NCBI GenBank assembly: GCA_905178155.1
Contig: CAJINV010000007.1
Span: 1,519,341-1,583,340, forward strand
DNA from: Amoebophrya sp. A120
Taxonomy: Eukaryota; Protista; Dinoflagellata
Length of the DNA: 64,000 nucleotides
Direction of reading: 5' to 3'
Shown here: positions 51,101 to 62,300 of the stretch, piece by piece
Position numbering within the stretch: position 1 is the stretch's first letter
Layout of the letters: the number at the start of each line of letters is the position of its first letter
Notes under the pieces: model-generated
Seen by the model: the letters and a program-made list of their open reading frames with translations, nothing else
What the model was told of the DNA's origin: nothing
Databases searched by the model: none
Position numbers and translations under genes: made by a program

Positions 51101-54100
51101 GAGCGAGATCTTGTCTTCCAGGTCTTCCAAGACAAACAAATTTTCGGCGAACAGCTGCTCACCCTGGACGAACAAAAATTGGACAGTATGGGGATCACAA
51201 CGTTCGGCACGAGACGGCATTTGAGCCTGGCGATCCGGGATTTGAAAGCGGATATGGACCAATCCGGGTCAAACAGTATGTCGAACACGAGTTCTGCGAG
51301 ATTAGCCACCCCGAGCCTGAAATCCGAGTTCTCCAGCCGCATGGGCGGTGGCGTTGCAGGAGCAGTACCTCCTGGTGGTGCGGCAGCCAACAACATGATT
51401 TTGAAGGTCGGAATGCACACCGCGCCGAACTACACCTCGTCAAGTGCGACGTCCGCAAACGGCATCCGGAAAGTGGAAGAATCCTTAGGGTTCGCGCCCT
51501 CTTCCAGCCCCAGCCTAAGCACCGTGAATGGCAGGATGAACAACAATGCTGGCGCGCGGTCGCGGTCTCCCGTCGTGGCAGGGGGAGCGACCACAGGTAG
51601 TACCAGCAACAAGAAGCCGGTGCTTCCCGCGGCGAAGATCCAGGGACTCGCGCCCTTAGCGCAGGTCACCAGTCCGCCCGCCAGTCCGAAGCAGGGCGGC
51701 GGCAGCGGAAGAAACTCGCCGGTTGGGCCGCAATCCCCGGTGTCGCTCGTGCCCGCGATTTTTGACAGTGCGGTGCCGGAATTGCGGAACATGTCACCGC
51801 GATCCTCGTCGCCCTTAGCGAAGGAGCGACTGTTAGACTTCAAGCAACCGGTGTTGAAGGCGAAAGTCCTATGGGAGTGACCAACTCGTCCCCTTCTTGT
51901 CATGCAAAATACCGAAGAACCCAGGCCAGGCTGTGCCTCTGCGCACTGTTTCTTTTATGTCAAGCTCTGTCAGCCCAGCAAATAGCACCACACTCCTGTG
52001 CAAATTGGTCATGCAAAACCTGCATTCTCGCTGACGCTTGTATTGCCGTTCATGCTACACAAGTGTAAATGAGCAGAGGGAGCAGGGGGAGTTGTGCACT
52101 GCCATAAGTCGAGTCCCCCTCCTTGAACCCCATCGCGCCGATCAACACAAGCAAGCAAACTATGCATTGCAAATAGGACGAAATGTGTCTGGGTCTGGAA
52201 CTGGAAGGTTGTACTTAATATGTGACGCGTCCCCGCCGTCCCGCAGATAACGCAAAAACTTGCCTATGCCTTGCGCGGGTAGCACAAGAAGTCCTTCTAA
52301 AACAGTAAGTATTTTTTCTCATGCGGGATATGCATAGCGAAGCCCTTAGCCTTACTAGTATAAAATCTGTGAAGATGGGCCTTCACCCTGTATCCCAGGA
52401 TTGCTCGTGGAGAATCCGCATGACAAACTCGTGCACTCACCCGGTCCCAGACATCTTTGCATTTGATACAGACGAAAGAGCAGGGGTCGAGTTCCGGACA
52501 GCGGTTCCCGCGGCTCGCGCTACCGCAAATGGACTGGAACCGCGTCGTATGGAGTGCAAATATGTAGTCTGGGTCTGGAAGAGTGCAACTTGTCATGCTA
52601 AATCTGAATCATGCAAGCGTCTGTGTTGCGTCAGTCTCAGTGCTAGTAACAGCTGTCCACTTTCGGCCAAGTTCGTTGTGAGGGAGTTTCTCATGCACGA
52701 CAGGCATGACAGAGACCTCCTAGAGTCTGTCATGCTAGTACGTCCCGCATTCGAGACCTCGTGGGTCATGGGAAACCTGCGTAACAAGTTGACACTCTTC
52801 CGGGCCCAGACGTATTTGCACCTGATACGTCGCGAGCCCGGACGCGGCGCTGTCCCAACTCCGCACGGACATGATGGAAAAGCGAGCGCGTTCTCTCGAG
52901 CGCATGCGCGCGACGATCGCGAACGCGGGTTCGAATTTCGAGGCGGCGCAGAAGCAATTGGCGGGACATAACGCCACTAGTGCTGCCTCGCCGCGCACCG
53001 CGACGATCGCCGAGACGCGGTCCGCGGCAGTGGCGTCGGCGTCGCAGTTTTTCAAATCCGGCGCGGTTTTATCCAGTGCAAACATGTCTCTCGTCTGGGT
53101 CACCTGGATCTGGAAAAGTAGAACTTGTATCACTTGGCTGGCATTCGTGTGAAAATTAATCGGTGTTGCATGACCAACAAAAGATCGGCGTTTTGTGCCA
53201 TGCAGAAACACAGTTTGATGAATTTCCAATGCGCACTTCGCATAGGCATATGAAAAAGCGCCCAAAATTTTTGCCATGCTTTGCTGCACAACTAGAGAGG
53301 CTGTTGAATTCTGACCATTCAGCATCAGAAGTTTCCAGACCCGGAGGATGACAGATATTTGCAATGCATAGGTTTTAAGGGAGAACGTGGTGCAGCCGAT
53401 TGCGTCGCCTGTGTCCAGCCCGAGATTGAAGGCGGCGTTAACCGGCGTCCCGCCGTTGGGATCAGGGGATATGGTCGGGTTTGTGACGAGCGTCCCGGAA
53501 GGGGAGTACCTACCGCCGAAGTGGATCGGGAAAACGGGCTGGATTTCGGGACTGATGCGAAATATGCCGTGCAAAAGGATCATCGCACTGCAACTGCTGC
53601 CTAAGACATGCTGACATCCAATTGTTCCGGACGGAAATTTATAAGTACAGGGGGTTCTTTGTGATGCAGGTTGAGGCATGCATATGCAAGCAGGTCTGTC
53701 ATGCGAGACTGCAAGGACTTGTAAGTAGGAGTGCGAAGATTCCTTTGCAGTTGATGCGAAACGGAAAGGTGCAAGTCTCGGTTCACGGGGACCAGCCTGG
53801 GACTAGGGAAACGGCGGAAATCACGACAACCTTGCTGGTTCCGGTGACCAGGTCCGGCGCCGCGAGTCCCGGCGCGGTCTCGTCGCCGGTTGGATCCAAG
53901 GGAACAACGGCGGTCGGGGCAGGCACCGGGGTGATGATGAACAAGGGATCTGCAGTTGGGGGCGTTGTCCCTGCCGGGCTGACGAGACCGGTGTCGGCAC
54001 GACCCGGGGCGAAGATATGGCGCTCTCAACTGTTACATTCTCAACTGTTACATGAATTTGTAATGCAACACTGGCAAAAGTGAAAGGAGGAATATTGCGC

Positions 54101-55455
54101 CTTCTGCATCACAAGTTTGGCGCAGATTTAGGTGCGGCTTACGCCTTCGCAAATTTGTCATGCCGGGCAGCTTGATCGTGAGGATGATGATGGTGCTTTT
54201 GCATGACAAACCATGTGAACAGTTGAGAATGTAACAGTTGAGAACGCCATAGAAAAGCAAACCGGCGGCGGTGAGAGGTGGCGTTGCTGGGGCTCCACCT
54301 GCTGTAACATCAACTCGGCCCGGAACAGCGGGCTCTAGAAGTAGTAGTCGTGGCGCGCCGTCGCCGGTGCGGGGGCGGGTTCCCTCGCCGGTGGCGCGAA
54401 GAGGCCCTAGTAGTCCCTCGCCCGTGGCCAAAGCAAAAACACCAACTCCCAGCACTTCTGTGAGCAGTAGGCCGAATATTAAACAGGCGATGGGGAAGAT
54501 GCCGAGCACAGCTCCCGGGACTGCGTTGAGACAAGCAATTGTAGGCTCCGCGTCTAGTAACAGCAAGGCGAGCGCCACTACATTCGCTGCGAGGAGGGCG
54601 CAAGTGAAGAAGGCGTCGGCGAAAACCGCGGCAAAGAGCAAGACACCCAGCTACGCACCGCCGTCGCGCGGCAACACTGTGGGGGCACCTTCTAGTACCA
54701 CTACGCTGTCTACTAAGAACGCAGCTCCTAGTGCCACGACGAAAATGCCAGAGCCGACGCGAACGATCACGGCTTTAGGCACAGCGCCGAAGAACGCCTC
54801 GAAGGGAGAGCAAACGGCTGTGTCTGCGGGCTCCAGCAAAGTTTCTAATACGGGGTTGCTGAAAACAGGATCGATTCTGCTGCCGAGCTCGCTTGTCGGT
54901 ACTACCACTGGTGCGGCGTCCTCGAGGGGTGCAACTACTGGAACAGCGGGAGCCGGTGCACCTCCTGCGTCGAAAAATGTTGTTTCATCTGCAGCTGCTG
55001 TTCCCTCCATGGTGAAAACACCAACTCTGACAAGCACCAATGTCCAGCTGAGTTCGCCACCGAAACCCGTGTTGACGACCGGGAAGATTGGCGGAGCGAA
55101 ATTCCTCGGAAATGCGGTTCCGACGTTGTTTTACGGGGAAGAAGAAGTAGAAGAGCACGTGCTTGTTCAGGATCTTCACGATGAAAAAGTTTTCGTCGAC
55201 GACGAACCCGAAACCACCAATTATACGAATGCAACTGCAGTAGCAGTCGAGGTGGAACAAGAAGAGAAGAAGTTGAGGGACACGCAGACGATTTTGGTAC
55301 CAGCAGTTTCGTTCGTGGAGCAGGGCGAACCTGCTTTGTCTGCGGTAGTGCGGACGATCCGCGCGACGGGGACGCCGGACAAGTCGTCGAGTCTGTTGCA
55401 GCCGGCTGGTGTGAAGGAGGTGCTGAGTAGTTTGGAACGGGGGGCACGCGCGTGA
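48132..55455 (+). CDS. SAM-domain protein with a possible KOW/SH3-like module (~1500 aa, 14 exons): 48132..48598, 48801..48993, 49155..49303, 49506..49838, 49958..50136, 50296..50522, 50714..50860, 51065..51868, 52111..52160, 52474..52547, 52833..53069, 53376..53562, 53762..54015, 54257..55455
   Basis: 10 introners plus 3 GT-AG introns (49839-49957, 50137-50295, 50861-51064) give a continuous 4500-nt frame. SAM: PVADWGVEEVLQWL...FQDKQIFGEQLLTLDEQKLDSMGITTFGTRRHLSLAIRDL. Confidence 0.8.
48599..48795. mobile_element. Degenerate introner (singleton)
   Basis: TAT...ATA ends, weak TIR, DR CCGCC/TCGTC; in-frame removal. Confidence 0.65.
48994..49149. mobile_element. Introner, family E
   Basis: TIR; DR CCTCG. 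Confidence 0.9.
49304..49500. mobile_element. Introner, family E
   Basis: TIR; DR CCCTC/CGCTC. Confidence 0.85.
50523..50708. mobile_element. Introner, family E
   Basis: TIR TATGAATCGCAAAAGT / ACTTTTGCGATTTATA; DR CCGTG/CCATG. Confidence 0.87.
51870..52106. mobile_element. Introner, family G
   Basis: Imperfect TIR; DR AGTCC/AGTCG. Confidence 0.82.
52161..52468. mobile_element. Introner, family A (diverged)
   Basis: GTCTGGGTCTGGAA end and CCCAGACATCTTTGCATTTGATA end; DR CAAAC/CAGAC. Confidence 0.83.
52548..52827. mobile_element. Introner, family A
   Basis: TIR; DR CGTCG; interior homologous to 57718 and 59472. Confidence 0.92.
53070..53370. mobile_element. Introner, family A (diverged)
   Basis: Imperfect TIR; DR GGTTT. 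Confidence 0.85.
53563..53756. mobile_element. Introner, E-like
   Basis: Imperfect TIR; DR CGAAA; join MRN-GKV. Confidence 0.8.
54016..54251. mobile_element. Introner, family B
   Basis: Highly similar to 1168-1406; DR GAAGA/GAAAA. Confidence 0.92.
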
Positions 55456-56350
55456 GGAGGAGGTAGTTCTGAGATTTGCATATTAGATTACATGTGAACC
55501 AACCTAATGTCGTATCTGGAGAAGGAGAAGAAAAATTTTCAAGTTCATCAAGCTTTATCTTCGAAGAAGTCGCTTGTGACAACAACGCGTCTTAGTACTC
55601 TGTTTCTTAAGAAAAATGACTGTTATTTATCAGGATATTTTAGCAAAAACGATTTTAACCTTTTGACGCAAAAATTATGCTTGCAACATTGGCAGACACT
55701 ACCGACGGTTTCTCTTGTATGAAAAGTTTAACATCAAAATTTCTTGTTTTAGCAGAAAGAAAGTTTCTCAGTTTGCACTTTAGCTTTAGTTTCACTTGGC
55801 AAGTACGGTATCACCAGTTGTATCTTTGCAATCGCATGTTTGAGTTTGGATCAATAGTACTCACACCTGTATTTACTTTTCATCACATTCACATGTAATA
55901 TCATCCTTCGTGGGATTTTTCAGATTTGACGGAATTTCTTCAACGACCTGATTGTGTACAATATACAGATCAAATTTGGATTAAATTATTTATATTTTTT
56001 CAGGATTTTTCGAACACTTACACTTGGGGAAAACAAAACTACAATACACAAAAATAAATGGAGGTGACGTTTTGTCAAGCGGAGCCACCACCAGCCAGCT
56101 CCTGTGCCCGCTTTTGTTCTGCTCTTTGCCAACATCCTGATGACAGACTGACCTGCAGTAAAGCGCTCTCCTTTTCTTTGTTCGTAAGAGAACTTGTGTT
56201 TATGGCATTTTTCATAAGTTCGGATAAATAATTAAAGTGCATCCGAAAAGAAGAAAGATGGAAGCGAACACGTTTCTGTTGTGCCCCCAGCGCAACTCCG
56301 CCGCAGGTAGTTGTTGATACCTTCCAGCTGCTGCTGGCTGCAAGTCAGAG

Positions 56351-59300
56351 ATGCGATACCGCGATCTTCCGGCAGAAGATGGTCACAGTCGTCCCGTCGA
56401 GTACAAGAACCACGAAGATGCAGGAGAGCCTACAACTTCCCCGGCCAACTTCTCTTGCCTGCAGGCCGCCAGCTCCCGAACCCGCGCCTTTGCGGAGTCC
56501 TGCGTGCAGCAAATCTGGATTTCCGGACGGACCGTTGTCGTTACCGTGCTCGATTGGTCGGAGTACGCGGGCGAGCAGTGCTTCCAGGTCAACGCTTTCG
56601 AGCGGATCGCGCAGTTCTTCCGTCAAACCGTCCTGGACCCAATTTTTCGATGCCTCCCCTTCGCGAGGAAGTTTGTGCCGAAAAAGTTCAGCGTCGCGGC
56701 GTTCCTGATCGCCTTGAACTTCGAGCAGGTCGGCCTGGGCGTGTTGTTCATCCCCTATTCCTACGTTCTGGACGGCAGCGACGTCTTTTACGACGGCGTC
56801 ACGGTCGACAGTTTGAGCGTGTGGTACGCAACGGTTGGGAGTTCCGTTGGAGAGAGGACCACAAATAGAACTACAAATACTCCTGCTGATGCAGCTGCAG
56901 CGCGAGGCGAGAATGCTGCATCGTCGACGAGGAGACCCGTACGTGGCAACGAAAAATCCTCCGGGGCAAGAACTGAGAATGTTGACATCTCACTCGAGGA
57001 CAAAAGTGCAAACCAGGTCAAAGATGCGACAAGATCGGGAGCGCACGACACTTCTTCAGCACAGCAAGATGAACCAGGTGGATCAGGCATAGAAGGAGGT
57101 CGTGTCAGCAGCACTCCCGCGGATGTTGATCATGCAGTAAAAATGCCTTCCCTCTCCGGAATTTTCGATCCAGATGATGTCGACGGTTCCATCAACGAAG
57201 TTGAACCCACTGTGACGCAAAAGTTCCTGACCGAGGCTGGACTCCAAAACGTCACCTGGCACAGCGTCCGTTCTGAACTCTACGCATTGCAAAAATATTG
57301 AGCGGGTCTGGAGGATCGCGAGATTTCGATTTGTCCTGCAACATCTCCTCGTGGACCACGCACGCCATGGTCCTGTGGAATGCACACAGAACCATCACAG
57401 CTTGTGTGAGAGGACCTTGTTCCTCATGCCTCTTCCGAATGAGAAGTCCGCGGCTCTTTGCCTATTTAGTAAGCAAGTATTGATGTTGCTGTTGGCGTTT
57501 ATGTAGGCAACTCAGATTTTTTTGTGATCGAGACTTCGTGTCGTGGCAAGCTGCATCCTGCTGCCAGACCACCCCGACATGTTTGCAAAAATGTATAAGC
57601 GCGAGGGAAGTGCGAAGTTCCGCACCTTGGAATTTTCCGTGGTCGTCGCTCTCGTCGTTCTGCTCTCTATCCGCATCTCCGACCGGCTTTCCGCCGGGGC
57701 GAAGGAAACCGAATGCTTATGAAATGTAAAAATGTCTGGGTCTGGAAGAATGCAACTTGTCATGCTAAATCTGAAGCATGCAAAAATCTGTGTTGCGTGA
57801 CTACCAAAAGTCGTCCAGTTCTGACCAAGTCGGGAGAGAGTTTCTTATGCAGGATATGCATGAGAGACATCGCACAGAATCTGTCATGCTAGGTCCTGCA
57901 TTCCAGACCTCATGGGTCATGGAAAAGCTGCGTGACAAATCGCGCACTCTTCCAGACCCAGACATTTTTACATTTGATAATGCTCGAACATCAGCAACGC
58001 TTGGGAGATGGTGTCCACTGCGACCTTATCAAATGTAAAACTGTCTGGGTCTGGAAGGATCCAACTTGTGATGCTGTCTTTCAATTCTAAGCAAATCTGT
58101 GTTGCATGACCAGCAAGACGAGGCCAGTTTGTGCCACGTGGAGAGGGTATCTCTCATGCGGAATGGGCATCACAAAGCCTTCTAAAAATCTGTGATGCTA
58201 GGCCATGCATTACAGGCTTTGTGGCTGATGCAGAATATGCAACACAAAGCTGGCAGTTTTCCAGACCCAGACATTTTTGCATTTGATAGACCTTCGGCTA
58301 CGCGCGGGAGTTCTTTCTCCAAACCGCGTACCATTTCCTCCTTTTCGTGGACTGCGTCGCCGTGGCGTGTTTTGCAAAGAAAAAAGTGTTGCAATCATGA
58401 TTGATGTGTTGCAGGAGCAGGCCCGGCAAGACGAAGACAGACAACCTTTGCAGTGTTCTTGCACGAACTGCTTGTTTTATGCGTGATTTTTCTTAGGATC
58501 TTCGCATTATCACGCGGAGAAAATTTGTGTTGCTGCAGCTCCAAGTACAACAAACGTGAAGCTGTAGCACTTTAGTTTTCTCGGGATACTTGTTTACAGT
58601 ACACGATCAACTGCTGTTTGCTCAAGGAGCTACGTATGCCCTGAAATAAATTAACCACCCCCATCCAGTTTGTCATGCAAAACATGTAAGCAGGTTCTTT
58701 TCTGCGCTTGACTTTGTCGTGTAAAAAGTGGATGGGGAAGATGGTTGATTTTCAAGGAATACTGCTCTTGGCCGAAGTGAAGGACTACCAGGCGGAGTAT
58801 GTGAATGTGGGGGGAGATGGTGGGGACCAGGTTGGTCCTGGTGGAGCAGAAGTGAGTTCGCAACCTGTACTAGACCGTAGCCAGCAAAGTAGATTTGTTC
58901 AGCAAGATGTGCTAGGTGGAGGTGCGCGAGGGGAGCAGCCATTGCAAGAACTTCTTGCACAAGCGCAGAACAACTACAAGAGCTACAACCAATCTGGCAG
59001 CACGGCGCCTTCCTCTCATCTCTCCCCCACGAGCGCGACTACATCGTCCTACTTCACTATTCAGGAAACGAAACTGTGTTATAGAAGTGCTGTTGGAGCC
59101 AGCGTGGTCTGCATGGTGACAGAGAGATCCCGTTATGCAGATGCTAGTACAGGTACGTGAAATTCTTGAAGGGCTTCCTGGCTTTCTGGCATGGCAAGTG
59201 TAAGTAACTGTGTTCTTGCCTTTTCTGCATATAAACAGTTTTTCTCTCGCATATTCACCCACTCCATCATCACCTCGAGCAAATCGCTGAAGGTATGCAA

Positions 59301-62300
59301 TGCAAAAGCATCGTACTAGTATAAATTGCATTACAAATTACCCCAGCATTACAATTCAAATTTGTAATGCTGATTTACGTTGAGAAAGAGATTTGTAATG
59401 CATAAATGCAATTACTACGAATACGATACTTTTGCACAGGATAGAAGGAGGAATTTGACAACTATGTGTCCTATCCACTGCAAATATGCCTGGGTCTGGA
59501 AGGGTGCAACTTGTCATGCTGAATCTGAATCTTAGTTACAAAAGTCTGTGTTGCATGAGTGCCAAGAGTTGTCCACTTTCGAGCACGTTGGGAGGGAGTT
59601 TCTCATGCAGGATAGGTATGACAGAGACCTCACAGAGTCTGTCATGCTAGCTCCCGCATTCCAGACCTCGGGGGTCATAGAAAACCTGCATAACATTCCA
59701 TTGACTGCTCGTCATGCGATGCACATACAGAGTTTTTCATTTCAAAAAATCAAGAAACAGTGTCACAACTTGCACTTTTCCACCAGATGACGACCCAGGT
59801 TTGGAATGCATATGTCTCAACTGTTCCGTCTGGGCGCCGTGGAATTGGATGTCTTCGTCGGGATTTGGGTTGCGGCGTCCATCCTGCTTTTTTTCCCTTT
59901 TGTCGTGAAATCCCGCGCTAACTGGCTCATGCTGGAAGTCGGCCAGAGCTACAGCAAGGGAGAGCGGGTGGGATCCGCTTTCGGGATTTTGGCGGTTTTG
60001 TGTCTGGTGTACAATTTACTGTGGCTGGTTTGCAACGGTGAGATCTTAGGGCCGGCGCAGGAAACATTAAACGGGGAGTCCTCAGACGGAGGCGGAGCGA
60101 GAACAGGAGCTTTTAAAAATGCGAGGGGGACGCGTTCAGGAGTCTCTCTTTCGGGGCTGCACTATAATCAGCAGCACCATGATATTCTTCGCGACGGGGA
60201 GGGGCTCGAGTACTTCTATCAGCGGGAAATGATAACGACAACCAGCAAGAACGCTGCGGCGAAAATGAAGATGCACGACCAAAATTACTACAGCCACGGA
60301 ACTACAAGCCGCAGCGGGTTGAAAAAAGATTTCTGGGCGATGGATAGTACTACTACTGCTGGTGCCCCCTCGCAGCTGATGTCCGCCGCCACAGCTGCTC
60401 CGTTATTTGTCTTGCAGCTACAGGAAAATGATCAAAATAAGACTCAAGGGCTTCGGCGTTCCGACGATTATAATTCCGATAATGGTCCTCGTCCTGGAGC
60501 CAGCTCCAGCACGAGAACATCTGACACCTCAACCACAGTGGCCTTCCGCACTTACTCGAGAAGCATCTTCGAGCAAATCCACACCGTGGTGGAGCTATGC
60601 ATTGCCAAAGTATCATACTCGTATGATAAGTTGCAGCGATGCATGACAAATCTAAGTCCTTAACTTTTCCAGCATGACAAATTGCATATTTTCTTCTTGC
60701 AAAAAAAATTTATTGTGATGCAACTTATACTAGTACGATACTCCTGCAATGCATAGAAGCAAATGGTCCAGGCTTTCGACAAGACTTACAAGACCGTCAA
60801 GCACCAGGCGCTCCGGTTCCGCGGGTACTGTTTGGGCATTTCCCTGCTCTTCTTCAGTTTCTTCGTGAACCATATGCATTGCAAAAGTATCGCACTCGTA
60901 TAAATGCATTGCAAATGTCCTCAGCATGAGAAATAAAATCTGCACTGCGGATTTACCTTGAGAAAAAACTTTGTAATGCATGATTGCAATTACTACGAGC
61001 ACGATACTTCTGCACAGGATAAACCACTTGGAGCTACCGTTCGTGCTCCGGCACCACCCCGTCGGGGACCAAGTGTTGAAATACGCGCAGCGACTGTCCT
61101 TCGTCTGGAACTTGGCCATCGGGATCGGCTTGGCCCAGGTGAAAAAGAACCCGAACCTGTTACTCCCGACCAGCTGGGTCTTTTGCCGGCTGTACCTGAT
61201 TGTCGCGCTTTTTTTCGCTTTGGGGACCAATTTACGGCGGCTGCAGATTTACCTCTTCATGTCCATCGCGAACCTGTCCAAGTGGTTTCTAGTCCATATG
61301 ACGCGATCCGCTGTTACAATGTCAAATACAAACGTTACTACAATAGAGTCAGTCTGGAACAATAATCTGTCTTGTGTGATCAGCATGACAGAGTGTAGCT
61401 CTACCGCTTGTATTTGCAATAAAAGTTTCTCCAGATTGATTATCATGCGGTTTGGGACTCCAGAAGAACTTGTCTGTCATGCGTACTATTCCTGTCAGAG
61501 TAGGCCAGATCTTCGTGCACTTTTTGCGTCACAGATTTTCATAGCTATTGCAACGTTTGAGAATTACAATTATGTGATTGTATTTGTAACAGGTGAGCAG
61601 GTTATAGTCCAGTACGAGAAGCGGACGGGCACGAGGGTGGTGGACGTCAGAATACCGAACTTTGAAGAACTATGGGGGTGTCAGGATCGAAATCCGCAAA
61701 ACTGAAATAATCTGTAATCGTAATGCAAAAGAGCGATACCAGCTGGAGCCCAGTTCGTTAGTGGCACATGACAAATTTTGGCAGCACGGAAATCCAATTT
61801 GTCATGCTGTTTGAGCAGAGAAGACTAGACTGCTTTTCTCATGCTATTTTAGCAGCTCTATCTCACACCCCAAAGAGGGTTATAATCGGCCTCAGATGCC
61901 TGCTCTGCAAGACAGGCACCTTGCGTCTAGCATTTCATGCATCACATCAAACTATAATTTCAACTTTGACGATTTCAATCCTGACACTCCCATAAGAACA
62001 GTTTTTTGACGAGGAAGATGTAGCCGCGAGTGACCTTCTTTTCGAGGAAGAAGTTGTAGAAACTGGTTTTACGAGAAATCCGCTTTACCCGACGAGCAAG
62101 GAAGCAGTTTCGCAGAGTCTGCAACAACCACTGCTCTCGCTATCAAAGCCGTACGACGCGGGAAGGATTTTTGAAGATGTCGCGAGCAAAAGATCGATGG
62201 TGCAAGGTGAACAGGAGCCACGACCAGAAGGTGTACCACATGAAATATTAAGACCACGAGGAGCTGGACGATCAATAGCCGCTCCTTCTTCAGTAGCACC

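Noticed and set aside
52321-53679. ORFs 52321..52971(+) and 52735..53679(-) as a possible transposase for the elements
   Set aside because: They are mosaics of host exons and introner sequence with no DDE-like motifs. No autonomous element was seen in the window.
57718-58293. Repeat-spacer-repeat pattern as a CRISPR array
   Set aside because: The repeats are inverted TIR pairs of two elements in a eukaryotic gene, with no cas genes.
58615-58626. TGTTTGCTCAAG resembling the 3' end of the dinoflagellate spliced leader (TTTTGGCTCAAG)
   Set aside because: Imperfect short match lying within a predicted exon (CCLLKE).
59134-59231. Possible extra introner (TATGCAGA...TCTGCATA)
   Set aside because: Only an 8-bp IR and no 5-bp DR, so the boundaries cannot be fixed; not counted.
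48800-61700. Nucleosome-length periodicity of introner spacing
   Set aside because: Exon lengths between elements (23-270 bp) show no obvious periodicity. Only family E lengths cluster near 150-160 bp, which is insufficient evidence.
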